DNA of 64,000 nt from Eledone cirrhosa (GCA_964016885.1 OZ024741.1:299212001-299276000); one strand, 5' to 3'. Shown: positions 1-13,401, numbered from the stretch's first letter. Notes: a model not told the origin generated them from the letters alone. Program-made: numbers and translations.

Positions 1-261
1 AGAAAATTTTCTGGCCTTGTTCTTAAATTAGAAATCATTAAAAATCTTTATAAAACTCGATTGAAAACGTAGAATCAAATCCTTAAAAGTATCGTTCTTG
101 TAACATTTCTTGACTCAGATAAGAAATAAAATAAAAAAAATCATAGACAGTTTGAATAAGATTGCGTAGAAACTTTATTAAAGCTGCTTATATGAATCCT
201 TATAATGCATTCATTATTCACAGACATATATATATGCATATATGTATATATATATATATAT

Positions 262-715
262 ATTTCGTTTCTGAATTTGTTTAGCAAGATTCTTTATCTG
301 AAAACGTGTGTTGAAACCGATATTGTTATACTTTGGGAGGGTCATGTTGCCAATAAGAAACACACGCACCAGCGCTTTCACTTCAATTTATTATAATAAA
401 TTTATAAATTTAGGAATTTATACACCCGGATGTAAGACATGCGCAAACTAAGCACACAACACACACACAAAAAACAAGATGGCGTAGGACAGAACAAAGG
501 AGAGGCACAAAAACAAAGAAAAGAATCCCCAGTCACTGAAGAGGTCACAGAATGTGTGACGAAAGAACTTTGACAATATATAAACAATCATCTGGTTGTG
601 GAACCAACCAACCGGAAATTTAGAAATTCCTAAATTTATAAATTTATTATAATAAATTGAAGTTGAACAACTGGTGCGTGAGTTTCTTATTGGCAACATG
701 ACCCTCCCAAAGTAT

Positions 716-722
<7 letters not shown>
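262..722 (+). mobile_element. Solo PLE pseudo-LTR (family A) with inverted terminal segment
   Basis: 421-721 matches 25290-25610; 320-419 is the reverse complement of about 623-722; 262-321 is the reverse complement of 25611-25670; (TA)n on both sides. Confidence 0.85.
531..574 (+). ncRNA. Minimal type I hammerhead ribozyme motif (PLE family A)
   Basis: aGTCA-CTGAAGA-G-GTCACA(gaatg)TGTGAC-GAA-AG(aa)CT-T-TGAC: core plus stems I, II and a 2-bp stem III. Confidence 0.75.
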
Positions 723-760
<38 letters not shown>

Positions 761-1669
761 TATGTATAAATATATATATATGCACATACATATGGTCTGT
801 GTATATGTGTGTGTGTCTGTGTTTGTTTATGCGCGTGTTTGTGTGTGAGCCATAGGTAGTGGGCGTGAGAGTCATCAATAACTAGATAAAGACTGGAAGA
901 GAATTAAAAACTTAATGATACTCTTCAGAGACGAAACTAAGAAAGATAATGTGAGATGAATATATGAAATCAACAGAAGATAGTAAGAGAGAGATTGATA
1001 TAGAGAAAGAGCATTTGGGAGGATGAGAGAGGGTGAGGAAGAAAGAGAAAAGGTAGAATGATAGAGAGAGAGTGGAAAACTAAACTGAGAAAACAATACA
1101 GAAAAATAACCTCATCAAACATGAAATAGCGAATGAAGATTAGCAGAGAAAATGATGGTGAAGAAAGGAAAATAGAATGGATTAAAACGGAAGATTTAGA
1201 TAGATAGAGAGTGATAGTAAGAAATAAGCAAGTCATATAAACTGAGTAAGGTGTTATCTAAATATATATTAGTAAAAAGTGTATGTATATATATAAACAC
1301 CCAGTCACCCCCCACAAACACACACAAACCCAAGAACACAGACACACACACAACACACACAATGTGACACTTGAATGCGAGCAACTAGTTTCATCTTCAG
1401 CTACGAAACTGTAAACTAAATGCTTGTATCCATTTCCTGCTTATGTTCGTATTCTATGAGCACATTCGCTGATATAGAGTCATGAGATCGATTTGCGGGT
1501 GATGCATGACACTTCATGATACGTTGCTCTATTCAACTTACAAATAGAAGTTTCGACCAATCTAGTGCCAAGATCTATCCATCTCAGACAAGATTTAGAG
1601 AGGGGAGGGTAGTTACTGACTGACTTGCCATACAACCTCATGCACAGGCTTCTCTATATATATGTGTTA

Positions 1670-1915
1670 GGCCATCATCGGTTCAGCCGACGAGTGTTCC
1701 AGATATACGAAACTGGGAACAGCTTGCTCGTGAAATTAAAGTGCAAATGAATCATTATGTCACAGGAACATGCACTTATAACGTAGATCTCAGGGTTATT
1801 CATTAGCACACTATGTGTGATAAGGCTGGTCTTTTGAATTACAGGTATAACTGCTTTTTATCAGCTAAAAAGATTGGGGCAACATGAAATAAAGAATCTT
1901 GCTCAAATTACGATT
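1670..1915 (-). mobile_element. Degenerate tRNA-SINE body
   Basis: ggggcaacatgaaataaagaatcttgctcaa resembles ggagcaacgtgaaataaagtgtcttgcccaa of the SINE at 28135-28255. Confidence 0.45.
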
Positions 1916-2034
1916 ATGAACGGAAGAACAACGCTGTTTCTTTTCAATGTGCTTCTAATATGTAAATATTTTAATTGCTATGGTATGAAGTTATCTCTTG
2001 TATGTATTACTCTTGAAACTTATAACAATATATA

Positions 2035-2123
2035 AATTCCTGAAGATATGAAGAGTGACGAACATATATCTCATATATATCGTGCCATGGCCCGCCGCTA
2101 TTCATTGAAATATATATAGAATT
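2035..2123 (+). ncRNA. Type I hammerhead ribozyme with long stem II, in a probable PLE pseudo-LTR remnant
   Basis: AATTC-CTGAAGA-tATGAAgAGTG...CGCTaTTCATt-GAA-ATATATAT-A-GAATT: intact core, 5-bp stem I, palindromic stem III. Confidence 0.8.
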
Positions 2124-2328
2124 AAAATTATGTTTTAAGTATAACTTGATTATTCTCTGTCCATATATCGTCTACATATCTGATGTGATTTTTGTTGTGT
2201 CAACACTGGTCTGGGGATCAGATAGACTTGGAGTCTGTTCTGGGGTGCTAACCCAAATCAGGAGCCGGCTGTTTGAGAAACATTTGTTAGCAAGATTGAG
2301 CAATACGTCTATTAACACCACTTTGTTC

Positions 2329-2359
<31 letters not shown>

Positions 2360-3905
2360 CGGCGGGTAAAATTCCCGAGATCCATGGACGAGTTCTCTCC
2401 AGCGGTCTCTTTCCCTCATCATCGCTGCCATGTCCTGCGTCTCCAGAGACTGGTGTCTGCTCTTAGGGCATCAACATATGTCAGCCTCGGTCTCCCTTTT
2501 CTTGTGTGTCTTGTGCTCCCATAGGAGCACTGAGTGCAGTGTCAACTCTGGATGTCAGTGAGCATGTCCAGCTAAAATCAATATCCTCTGTGCTACTCTC
2601 GAGCTGACGTTTGGGAGGCTCCTGTACAGCTTAGTGTATACTGATTAATGTTCAGAGCCATCCTCAGCATTCTCGTGTAGCACCCATCCAACATCTGAGT
2701 GAATTTCTTGGTCAGTGCCCAAGTCTTAGACCCGTACAACAGCACAGACACCACTGTAGCAACGAAAAGACGGATCGTCAGGTCTTTATGTAGGTCCGAC
2801 TTCCACACCGATCTCAAACTGTGGCACGCCGCCCAGGCTATCCCTTCCTCTCACCAACATCATCCTCTGTGTTTCCAATCTTTGCTCTCAATGTCATTCA
2901 TTCACACTCAATGACGCAGTCTCCACCTTCTGTATCAACTCTTCTGCTCTTTCACTGTGTTTGTCACCAGAACTATGTCGTCATCAAATTTACCATCTGA
3001 TATCTTTTTTTCCTTAACTCTCCCGCTCTGAGTCAGTGCTACAGTAAAGCACGAGTCCTGGTGTTTATCCAGTGCAAGGCGCATACAATATTCCACTGCA
3101 ATAATAAAAAGGTAAGGAGCCAACGTATCTCCCTGGAGCACTCCAGCCAGTATCTCAAAAAGCTCTGTCATCCCATCAGATGTGATGTCTTGGGCTTTGG
3201 TGTTGGGGAGGAGCATTGATATCAGGTCCACTATCTTCTTGGAGATTCCATAAACCTGTAAAATCAGCATCAGGCAGTGACGGTCCATAGAATCAAAGAT
3301 CTTCCTAAAGTCAATGAAAACTATGACAGCAGGAATGTTCTTTGCTCTAGCTCCCTCTAATATCCTCCTCAGCATCAGAATGTGACTGGTGGTTGATCTT
3401 CCCTCTCTGAACCCGTTCTGGTTGTCCCTGAGCTTCTCCATCTCGGGCTGGATCATCTCGGTTAAGAATCATCCTGTAGAGGGTCTTGCCACAAGTGAGG
3501 TCAGTGAGATCCCCCTATATTTGTTGGCACTGGGACGATATTATTGTGAATCGGGGCAGCTCCTTTCTCCACTGCCTGGTTACAGAACCCCAGGATAAAA
3601 ATCACACCTCTTCATTACCTCTGTTGCCACTCCATCTTCTCCTTGATCTTCTTGGCTCTCTGAAGTTCCTCTCTGGTGAAGGGTCCTGTCTCAATATCCA
3701 GTTCCTCAAACAACTGCCTGATCGCCCAGTGTTCTGGGTTGTGGATGGCGCTCTCCAAGTAGGGTCCTAAAATGGCCCACCCATTTCCTCTTCCTATCCT
3801 CGGGCCCTGTTCCCCCTGGATCTACTTGAGCCGCTTCTCTTCCTCTCTGTGATCTCGTTGATGATCAACCAGCTTTCCTTACACCCAGACCTGTCAACCG
3901 CTCTC
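2329..3905 (-). mobile_element. RTE-clade LINE, 5'-truncated and frameshifted
   Basis: ORFs 2935-3456 (QNGFREGRST, FIDFRKIFDS, GVLQGDTLAP, FDDD) and 2593-2817 (LLYGSKTWALT); (TAGA)n tail at 2329-2358. Confidence 0.9.
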
Positions 3906-3906
3906 T

Positions 3907-3972
<66 letters not shown>

Positions 3973-4385
3973 CACTCTCTAAAATTACGAAATCTGAAAT
4001 AGTTTCGAGGGTGATAAGTTTTATGAATTTGTAAATAATTTACTCTTATTTCTACGGTCTTGAAGTTTAATATACCGTTTTAATTTTTGTAAACTGGTGT
4101 TCACATGAACTTTTATTCCATAATTTGAATTTACCTAAATCACTCATATGAAGATAGTGAAATCTGGGTTTAGTCACATACTCTTAACTCTTCCGTTTCG
4201 TTAAAACTGTATTGGTTATGAAAATATTAACTTTATTTCTTTTAAAATATTTTAAAACGAACAATATTGTTATTCCTATCATTTATTTGCGGCGTTATGT
4301 CACTAATACATTAGTTTAGGTCATTTTTACAAATGTTTAAAATAGCAGAGAGGAGTAAAGAAATTGATCTTTACTATCTCTTCAG

Positions 4386-4475
4386 GGAAATATCACTGAA
4401 GTTTCTACTCGATCGAGCGATAATACATTCAAAGCCGTGGGCAACCAATATCAAAGTTTAGTTAATCAAGTGTGA
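4386..4475 (+). CDS. Candidate host terminal exon (GNITEVSTRSSDNTFKAVGNQYQSLVNQV*)
   Basis: Acceptor tttactatctcttcag followed by an open frame to TGA in non-repeat DNA; no homology recognised. Confidence 0.25.
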   Translation, partial: GNITEVSTRSSDNTFKAVGNQYQSLVNQV

Positions 4476-4744
4476 ATACGTTTAGTTAAACATCTTTCAC
4501 TATTTAATAACTAGCAATAGTATAAAAGTTTAAGACTTGTTCGACTATTTATTTAATTTGCTTTATTTTATAAATATTAAAATGCCATTTCAAAAAGGTG
4601 TGGCAAACAAATTCATCTCAGTTATTTCACTATATAGAAAACTTTAAAAAAAAAAAAATTCACCATAACACGTACGTCTAAAGAGCATAAAAAACGTATA
4701 TCTATTTTAGCAGGCTGTCAAGCAGTACTCACATTTTAATAAAA

Positions 4745-4860
4745 CTACATTCGGCGATTGCTATCAGTCCAATTTAATGCAGGAAGTCAGCTGTTCGGGA
4801 TCCGAGGACGCCTGATGTCTCGACGGTGACCGTTGCAAAGAGGAAGTGGCTGTTCATGTT
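4745..4860 (-). mobile_element. CRE-like LINE endonuclease remnant
   Basis: Minus strand translates HFLFATVTVETSGVLGSRTADFLH*IG, homologous to FLFSPATVETSGVLGHRTAEFFHKI at about 35970-36045. Confidence 0.6.
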
Positions 4861-7344
4861 AGTATTCGTCTGTATTCCTATCGTTTGCATTGCGGACCGT
4901 GGTACCGGGATTTGAGGCTGAGGTGACTAAGATGGAGGCGGAGAACGTGTCACACTATGTCGGGTCACTGATGAGGGATCTACCTCTTTCGAAAGAGAAG
5001 AGGGTACTTCCGTCAGGAAACTTTCCGTCTCCAGTGTCGAGGCTTGTTGGCTACAGTTGTGACGAGAGGTCGTCTGCCTCCAGCTTCAGTATGTCACTGA
5101 GAGCGACACGTGGTGGGAACGGACATACACTCTGGCGGCATGATAGTGGGTGGAGCCGAAATGTATATTTTAGTTTCATGTATGAATATAATTTTAAAGA
5201 GCATACGAATAAGTGAATTAAGAAATAGCGATATACATATGATTATGTGGTGCAGCCGAAACCTAAGGTATATGATTTTTAAAAACTTCAATGCGTGTAT
5301 CTGTTGGTCCTCCTTCCAGTAAGACGAGGAGTGTTCCAGTTATTTGATTAACGTAGCTTCCTGTTCGAGAAAATAATATGCAAATGGACGGACATTCCAC
5401 TGACGCGAGTACACTTAAGGTAGTTCACAGAACGATGAGAACGCTGGCAATTATAATTACAGGTGCAACTAATGTTTGCAGCTAAATGGACAGGAGCAAT
5501 GTGAACAAAAGTGCATTCGTCTAGGACACAACGCACCTTCATGAATCAAATTCACGATCGTAAGTTCGCGTGCCAAACAATGTATATTATAATCCACACA
5601 CTCACTTCTTGTCAGTATATCGTAAAATTACTTATAGTCTATTGACTATGATGGTAGAAACATATTGGAATGTTATATATTTTGTTGGGCAATTATATTA
5701 GGTAACTTTAAAATATATGGGTATAATATATGATTGAAATTACTGAAATATATCATATAGATTTCTAGTCTTCAATCTTTCGAGACGACAAATGTATACG
5801 TAATGAGTCACTCAACTAGCTTGAAATATAGGATAAATAATAGAAAATGCAGTCTTAGATAGGGGTGGTCGTATTTAGAATAATCCTTGGTTATTAGTCA
5901 GCTTGATTAGAGCTGAACTACAGTTAAACAACCAAATATCTTGAATCCATGAGGTAGGCTCTACATTATCATCTCGACTAGCTAGAAATAACAGCCACAT
6001 TTCGCTCATATCCCATCATACCGTTTTAAGAAATTTAACAAAAATAAAACATATTGGATAACATATGTCTAAATAAAAGGTCCGATTATCACGGCGTAGA
6101 TAATTTGTTCATAACTTTTCTCAATCAGATGCACCTTAGAACTAATAAACATAACATCAACTTCTCTCTATGTTCCGCAGTAATGTAATATGAATTTTCT
6201 ATATGAGGTAGACAATTTTGAGATTTTCATCAGAAGATAAAGTATGTGAAGAGGAAAACAAAGTAATTTATTCCTTTTTGCAGTTTAATCAAATACAGCT
6301 TAAATACGAAATGTAGCGGATTTTGAGGAATATTCCATACATATTACTTTTTTACTGTTATAATTTTACTGGTTTCAGTCACTTTATTGCGTTCACGATA
6401 GGATTTAGATTGAAAGGTATAGTCCCTCATATGAAAACTCAGTATATATTTTATCGTCATCGAAAACAACAGAAGGCAAAATAAAATGAGGTGAAATATG
6501 AATTTAGACACGAAAATGTGCGAATATTTTAGACACCTAAATGTATGGAATTTGGTGGAGTGGGTCTGCACACAATTTCATGTGTATATTTTATTTCTCC
6601 GGGGCTGTCTATCAACAACATATATTAAGATAGGGCAGAAAACAGTTATTTGCACAAAAGTGTGGATGTTGTTCTTTTGTTATTTTCGTGGTCGTTGTTG
6701 TGGTGTACGTCTATGTAGTGACGAAGAATATTTCAATTTTAGAGTTCTTGTTGTTGGTGTTTCTGACGCTATTGAGGCTTTTACCGTTGTTTGTATTCAT
6801 GATATTGTTATTAGTGTTGTTGCAGTTGCTTCTGTTGTCAGTTTTGTGGTTCTTATTAGTATTGCTGTTTTCATTGGTGCTTTTTAAAGATGTCTTAGTA
6901 CCTTGGTGGAAGCTATCAACGCATTTGCTTTCCTGGTTGATGCTGCTCACGTTGTAAGCATTAGTATTGTTGTTTTTGTTCATCTGTTGCTATTAATATA
7001 GTTGCTTCCGTGATATCATTTGTCGTAGTAGTGATTGCGGGGTACTGACGACGGTGGTATTGTTCTGACTGTTACTAAAAGAAAGTGTGTTGTCTTTTGT
7101 GCTCAAAGTGCAATTGTTGCCGTTCTCTTTGTCGCTGCTAGTGTAGCTGTTGTTGTTTCTAGAGTTACCTTTTATTGTCTTTGTTGGTAGTGTTAGCTTT
7201 TATTATTGTTGTCATGATGATGACAATGTTCTGCCTAGAACTTGCAGAGATATTTACTGTTTTATTTATGCCCTTATGGTATCATTTTTATGCGAATTTA
7301 TTGTTTAATGTGTGTTTTACCAAATTTTGTGGTGCATATTGGCA

Positions 7345-7484
7345 CATTATATTATCGACCCCCGTAAGGATGAACGGCAAAGCTATAAACTCGGCGGGAT
7401 TTGAACTCAGAACGTAAAAGGTGATAACTAAATATTGCAAAGTATTTTGTGCGACACTCTGCCGATTTTGCCAATCCACCGCCT
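7345..7484 (-). mobile_element. tRNA-derived SINE (diverged copy, 3' part lost)
   Basis: Shares the head (tgccaatccaccgc), B-box (gggatttgaactc) and tcgacccc..gtaaggatgaa body with 19011-19190. Confidence 0.75.
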
Positions 7485-7485
7485 T

Positions 7486-7531
7486 AATAATGATACTATT
7501 ACTACTACTGCTGCTGCTGCTGCTGCTACTG

Positions 7532-7573
<42 letters not shown>

Positions 7574-7600
7574 GTAATAATAATAATAATAATAATAAAT
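7486..7600. repeat. Compound (TAC)/(TGC)/(TAA) microsatellite
   Basis: Seen directly. Confidence 0.95.
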
Positions 7601-7604
7601 ATTG

Positions 7605-9020
7605 TCATAGACCAACAAACTACCATAAAGGAACATAACAATGAAGAGTTCTACAAATATTTTGGAGTTAATGAAGGAGAGGGAATCCATCATGCAAGTA
7701 AGAAAGAAATGATACAGAAGGAGAGTGAAACTGGTAACAAAAAGTGAGCTAATCTCCTGCAACAAGTTCAAAGCCCGTTAACAGTCTTGCAGTACCAGTT
7801 GTAACATATAGCATTAACACCATAAACTGGAACCTGCAAGAACTAAAAATGTTGGGCACTAAGACAAGGAAACTATTGACAATGGAAAAAATGTACCCGC
7901 CTAAAGCCTATGTACATAGGCTGTATATATCAAGAAGTAGGTTGAAGGGGTTTCGACAACTGGAAGCTGCATACAAAACAGAAACCATTGGATTGGATAG
8001 CTCTATCTCCAACAGTTTCAAGAAGAAATCTTTATACCTGTACTCAAGCATGAACGAATTACGAAACTATACTCACTAACAAAAGAGGCAAGACAATTTA
8101 GGCAAAAATTAAACATGGAACAAGACATACCCCTAGAAAATCAACAACAGCAACCATGATTGTGAAGATCAAAGCAAAGAAATTCCAAACAGAGGAACTA
8201 AACCATGAATGGAAGGCAAATCCTCTACATGGTATATTCCCAGAACGACTCTGACAATGATATCGATCAGCGTGGCTCACTATCCTGGCTCAGAAGTGCT
8301 GGTTTGAAATCGGATACACAAGATCAATCTCTAAACACTCAGGCCTATAGACACAGAATAGTGAAAGATTGGACTAGCCCTCTGTGCAGAATATGCTATA
8401 AACATGAAGAAACGGTAGATCATCTTATCTCCGGGTGTCCAGAGCTGGCAAACACTGACTATATTGAAAGAGATACCCGCATTGCCAAATATGTGCACTG
8501 GATGCTCTGCCGCTCTCGTATCATCCAAACTTCTAACAAATGGTATGAACAACCAAAAGCAGTCATGGAAAGGAGCAACATATCCATCTCATGGGATATG
8601 CCTTTGGTAACCGTCCAAGAAATTGTTGCCAACAGACCAGATATGATCATATAAAACAAAACAGATAGGACATGTAGCCTTATAGATATTTATGTACCAG
8701 CCGACAAGAATGCGTCTGTAAAAACAATGAAAAACCTGTCAAAATACAAAGACCTGGAAATAGAAATCAATCGCATGAGGAGGAAGACCACAAACACTAT
8801 CCCTGTGGTAATAGGAGCATTAGGACTAATAGTCAAGTCCTCAGACCTGTACCTTCGCGTCCTTCCCTCCAAGATCAGCAAATATGAGTTACAGGAAATT
8901 TGGCTACTAGGAACAGCACACATTCTCAGACGAGTTCTCTCTCTACAAATGCCTACAATGGCTAGGTTCAAGGCCTGGACCCGGTAATACACAAACAGAA
9001 CTGAGATAAACGAAATAAAA
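7605..9020 (+). mobile_element. R4/Dong-type LINE, family A, 5'-truncated and degenerate
   Basis: YKYFGV; CRICYKHEETVDHLISGC zinc knuckle; ANRPDMII; KYKDLEIEI; PVVIGALG; LLGTAHILRRVL. Confidence 0.9.
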
Positions 9021-9054
9021 CAACAGCAACAGCAACAACAACACCACCACCACC

Positions 9055-9108
<54 letters not shown>

Positions 9109-9122
9109 AATAATAATAATAA
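9021..9122. repeat. (CAA)/(CAC)/(TAA) microsatellite
   Basis: Seen directly. Confidence 0.95.
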
Positions 9123-12100
9123 ACGATCGAATGGATGAAAATGAAAGAAGCTGACATGGGGCAACGAGACACCTTCCCTAAGATCCAGAACTCCAAACAG
9201 AACCAAAAGATAATACACAAGACTAACATGATTCTCAAAAACATTATCATCACAAACAAACTAAACATTACTGATTTAAATCATCTCTATTATGCATCGG
9301 CTAAAGTCACCACTCACTTATGTGGAGTGAAGATGAAAAAACAAAGGAATTCCCACAAGAAATCTACTTGGCAAGAGAACATCAATCGCCAAATAAACCT
9401 TCTCCGATCTGACATAGAAATTTTAACAAACTATAAAGTAGGTGAACATGTTAAACAAACTAAACTTAGAAAATTGAGAAGAAAGTATAGTATAAAATCA
9501 ACAAGTGACATAGACATGCTGATAGAAATAATCAAGCAAAAAGTGTCGGCCAAAGCTGCTCGTATAAGGCGCTTTGAAAAACGATCTAGATTCTATAAGG
9601 ACAATAATATGTTCAAAAACAACCAAAGAAACTTCTACAGAAAAATTGGTAAGTCAACAATAACTGCTAAATCAATACCACCCAAGGAGGAAGTGCAAGA
9701 ATTCTCGGAAAAGATCTGGGGCGAAGAAAAAGTTCATAACATACATGCCCCATGGATAGACAGACAAAGGAAAGATACAGCTCACCTTGAAGAACAAATA
9801 TGGGAAAATATAACAGTTGAACAGTTGCGCTTGGCTCTAAGAAAAACCAGCAAATGGAAATCCCCAGGAAAAGACAAAATACAAAATTTTTGGATAAATG
9901 CCTTCACAGAGTCTCACGAGCTGTTGGCCCAACTTTACAATGAAATAGTTAAGGAGCCAGAAAAGATACCATCATGGCTAGTTAACGGCATTACATTCCT
10001 GCTTCCGAAGAATGATGAGACAAACAATCCCAAAAAATTACAGACCGATATGCTTGACCACAATGTATAAAATGTTAATATCAATCCTAACTGAATACAT
10101 ATATGACCACCTGATAACAAATGACCTATTTCCCATTGAGCAGAAAGGGTGTTAACGAGGCTCATAAGGCTGTAAGGATCAGCTTCTGGTTAACAAAATG
10201 ATACTGGAAGATTGTCATAATAGACACAAAAATCTATCAATTGCTTGGATAGATTATAAAAAAGCATTCGATAGTTTGCCACACAGTTGGATTGAAAAAT
10301 GTTTAGAGATTTTCAAAATATCCCCCGTTGTCAGGAGGTTTTTGTCATTCAGTATGAAGACATGGAAAACGACACTCCTTTTGAATAGTGAAACAAAATC
10401 ACTGGAAGCTGGAGAAGTTAATATTAATTGTGGAATTTTTCAGGGTGACTCTTTATCACCGCTTTTATTCTGCATCGCACTTATACCATTAAGTAAAATG
10501 CTCAATGAAACAAAACATGGATATAAAGTCTATGACAAAACCATTAATCACTTGTTCTACATGGATGACCTGAAACTATTTGCAAGAAATGAGGAACAAT
10601 TGCAAGGGCTATTATCCACTGTGGAGCAGTTCAGTGATGACATTAAAATGGAGTTTGGACTAGATAAATGCGCCAAAGCAATGTTCACCAGAGGAAAGCT
10701 GCTGAAGCGTTCAGACATTAATCTTGATCAGGGGAATGTGATAAGAGAACTTGATCAAGAAAAAACTTACAAATATCTAGGTGTTTGTGAAGGAGACGGA
10801 ATCAAGCACTCGACAATTAGGGAAAGGATAAGGAAGGAATGTTACCGCAGAGTAAGAGCAATCTTAAGAACGGAATTGAATGCAAGGAATAGGATCGATG
10901 CCATAAACACGCTTGCCATACCAGTAGTAACCTACAGTTACAATGTCATCAACTGGTCAAGCACAGAGATCCGTAGGCTCGATACAAAAATTCGAAAATT
11001 CTTAACCATGCACAGAATGCATCACCCTAAGGCAGATACAGATATAATATATCTCCCTAGGAAAGAAGGAGGACCTGGGTTAATCCAGTTAGACATTGCG
11101 TTGAAAACTGCAACAATTGGATTATCTACATATCTAAGGGAATCACATGATTGGATGATCAAACTCGTTTTGAAACACGAAAACATCAAAAGATCATACT
11201 CCATTACAAAAGATGCACAAAGATACAGTAATGGGCTACACATTCCAGAAGTCCCATTTACTGCTGAAATGGAAAACACAGAAAAAGCAAAGCAGCTAAA
11301 ATTAACTGCAGAGAAAGAACTGCTACAGAAACTGGCTAAGAAATGGCAAGAAAAGCCTCTGTATGGAAAATACCCAGAACGAGCTAACAATCCTGATGTT
11401 GACAAAACATTAACCCATCAGTGGTTGGCATCCTCTGGACTGAAATCGGAGACTGAAGGACTGATTATATCAGCACAAGATCAGTGTCTGGTAACAAAAA
11501 ATTACCAAGCCAACATAATAAAAAATGGATGCAGCCCATTATGCCGTGTATGCAAAAAACAACCAGAGACCATTGACCATATAATTTCAATGTGCAGTCC
11601 TATAGCTCCAACCGAATACCTAAACAGGCATGACAGAGCTGCACAATACATACATTCGATAATGTGTAAGCATTTTGACCTGCCCCATCAAAAGAATTGG
11701 TGGGAGCATCAACCACCTCCCATACATGAAAAAGATCACATCTCAATCTTGTGCAACTTTAGCATCCAAACAGACCGAAAAATAGATGCAAATAGACCTG
11801 ATATAATATTGAAGGACTTTAAAAAGAGGGTATGCCTTCTAATTGATATGTCCGTTCCAATAGACAAGAATGTATCTATAAAAATATTTGAAAAATTGAG
11901 CATGTATAAGGACCTGGAGATAGAAATTGGAAAAATGTGGAAATTGAGAACTAAAACAATACCAGTGGTTGTAGGTGCTCTGGGAATGATACCTAAGGGG
12001 TCTAATGATTACTTATCGCAAATCCCAGGAAACCCGCGTATAGGAGAAATACAAAAGATACTGCCCATATACTAAGGAAGATTCTGTCAATATAAGTACA

Positions 12101-12245
12101 TCACAAGTCTAAACATTAAAGATGCATGTGTGAGTATGTATGTTCTTTCTTGAACATGGCGGACCTTGTTCTCTCTTGAGGTCACTGGTTGTGACTTGGG
12201 GATAACTCGTATGAACATAAAGCAAGATAAATGCATCTGAAATAA
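9123..12245 (+). mobile_element. R4/Dong-type LINE, family B, about 3.1 kb
   Basis: ORFs 9135-10070 and 10198-12075: [63 protein letters not shown]; (TAA)n tail. Confidence 0.95.
9135..12095 (+). pseudogene. RT plus CCHC plus restriction-like endonuclease ORF, disrupted
   Basis: Frameshifts near 10030-10165; near 12060 the segment gtactaatgggaa present in sister copies (19951, 55130) is missing. Confidence 0.85.
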
Positions 12246-12261
12246 TAATAATAATAATAAT

Positions 12262-13081
12262 CAAAGCTTATTGACTCGTAATTACCAGACCAATGTGATG
12301 AGAAACGGAATGAACCCAAAGTGCCGATTCTGCAATGCTGAGGTTGAAACAGTGGATCACTTAGTCTCTGGATGTAAAGTTTTAGCACCAGTAGAATACA
12401 AATATAGACATGACATAGTTGGCCAATATTCTACACTGGGTAATATGTCGGCATTGCAAAATCAAAGCTGACGACAAGTGGTACAATAGTCACCCTGAGG
12501 CTGTAACTGAAGGAGAAAAAGTAACAATTCACTGGGACTTTCCTGTACATACTGACAGGACCATAAACGCAAATAGACCTGACATCATTGTAAAAGATCA
12601 ACATAACAAGGTCTGTTTGTTGATAGATATGAGCATCCCATGTGATCACAATATCGCGGCAAAAGAATTTGACAAGCTACGAAAATATAAAGATCTGCTA
12701 ATTGAAATTGAGAAAATGTGGCACCACAAGGCCGTTACAATACCAGTGATTGTGGGAAAACTTGGAATGATCAAGAAAGGAACAGAACAATATTTGCGAA
12801 TGATTCCTGGTTTACCCTCTCTGCACGAGGTGCAACAAATTGTTTTGACTGGTACTGCACACGTATTGAGAAGAGCACTATCTCTGTAAGATTGATATCC
12901 CTCCTTGTATTTACATATGTATGTGTGTATATATGTATACTATTGTTTTTATTTTTTTAAAATTATAAACAATGTGCTGTATTAACTGGCTTACCAATGC
13001 ACACTGTGAATTTATTTGCCCTAGGTGTCAGGAAGACACTCAGCATATATCTCAGAAACAACATTGAAAGAAAATAAAAAC

Positions 13082-13082
<1 letters not shown>
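12262..13082 (+). mobile_element. R4/Dong-type LINE, family C, 3' fragment
   Basis: CRFCNAEVETVDHLVSGC; ANRPDIIV; KYKDLLIEI; LTGTAHVLRRAL; (TAA)n on both sides. Confidence 0.9.
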
Positions 13083-13128
<46 letters not shown>

Positions 13129-13401
13129 TTTCATTTATTAGCCACAAGGGCCGACATGTAGGGGACAATACAAAGACAGGGACAGTGCGGGTTTACAATA
13201 AGGTCGAGAAAAGTGCACAATGGCAAGACTAATTTAACAATGAAAATATAAAATATAAAATAAACTATGCAAAATATAACAAAATAAATTCCCCGATAGG
13301 GGGTGGACGACCCTGGGGTGATTCGGGTACCCCACCAATCGTGAACCATCCTGCGCTTCTAGGGCACCCAGGAGAGCACCCCTCTCCTCAAGTTAGCCAG
13401 T

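Noticed and set aside
1379-1405. Minus strand CTGAAGA-T-GAAACTAGTT resembling a hammerhead
   Set aside because: Stem II is absent and stem I is unconvincing; at most a deleted remnant.
4962-5010. CTGATGA...GAAA with a hairpin (hammerhead or C/D snoRNA?)
   Set aside because: The GAAA is a hairpin loop, there is no stem I/III geometry, and the region adjoins a CRE-like remnant.
6688-7260. Asn/Thr-rich or Val/Leu-rich ORFs
   Set aside because: Degenerate (GTT)n low-complexity sequence, possibly old LINE ORF1; no motif supports a gene.
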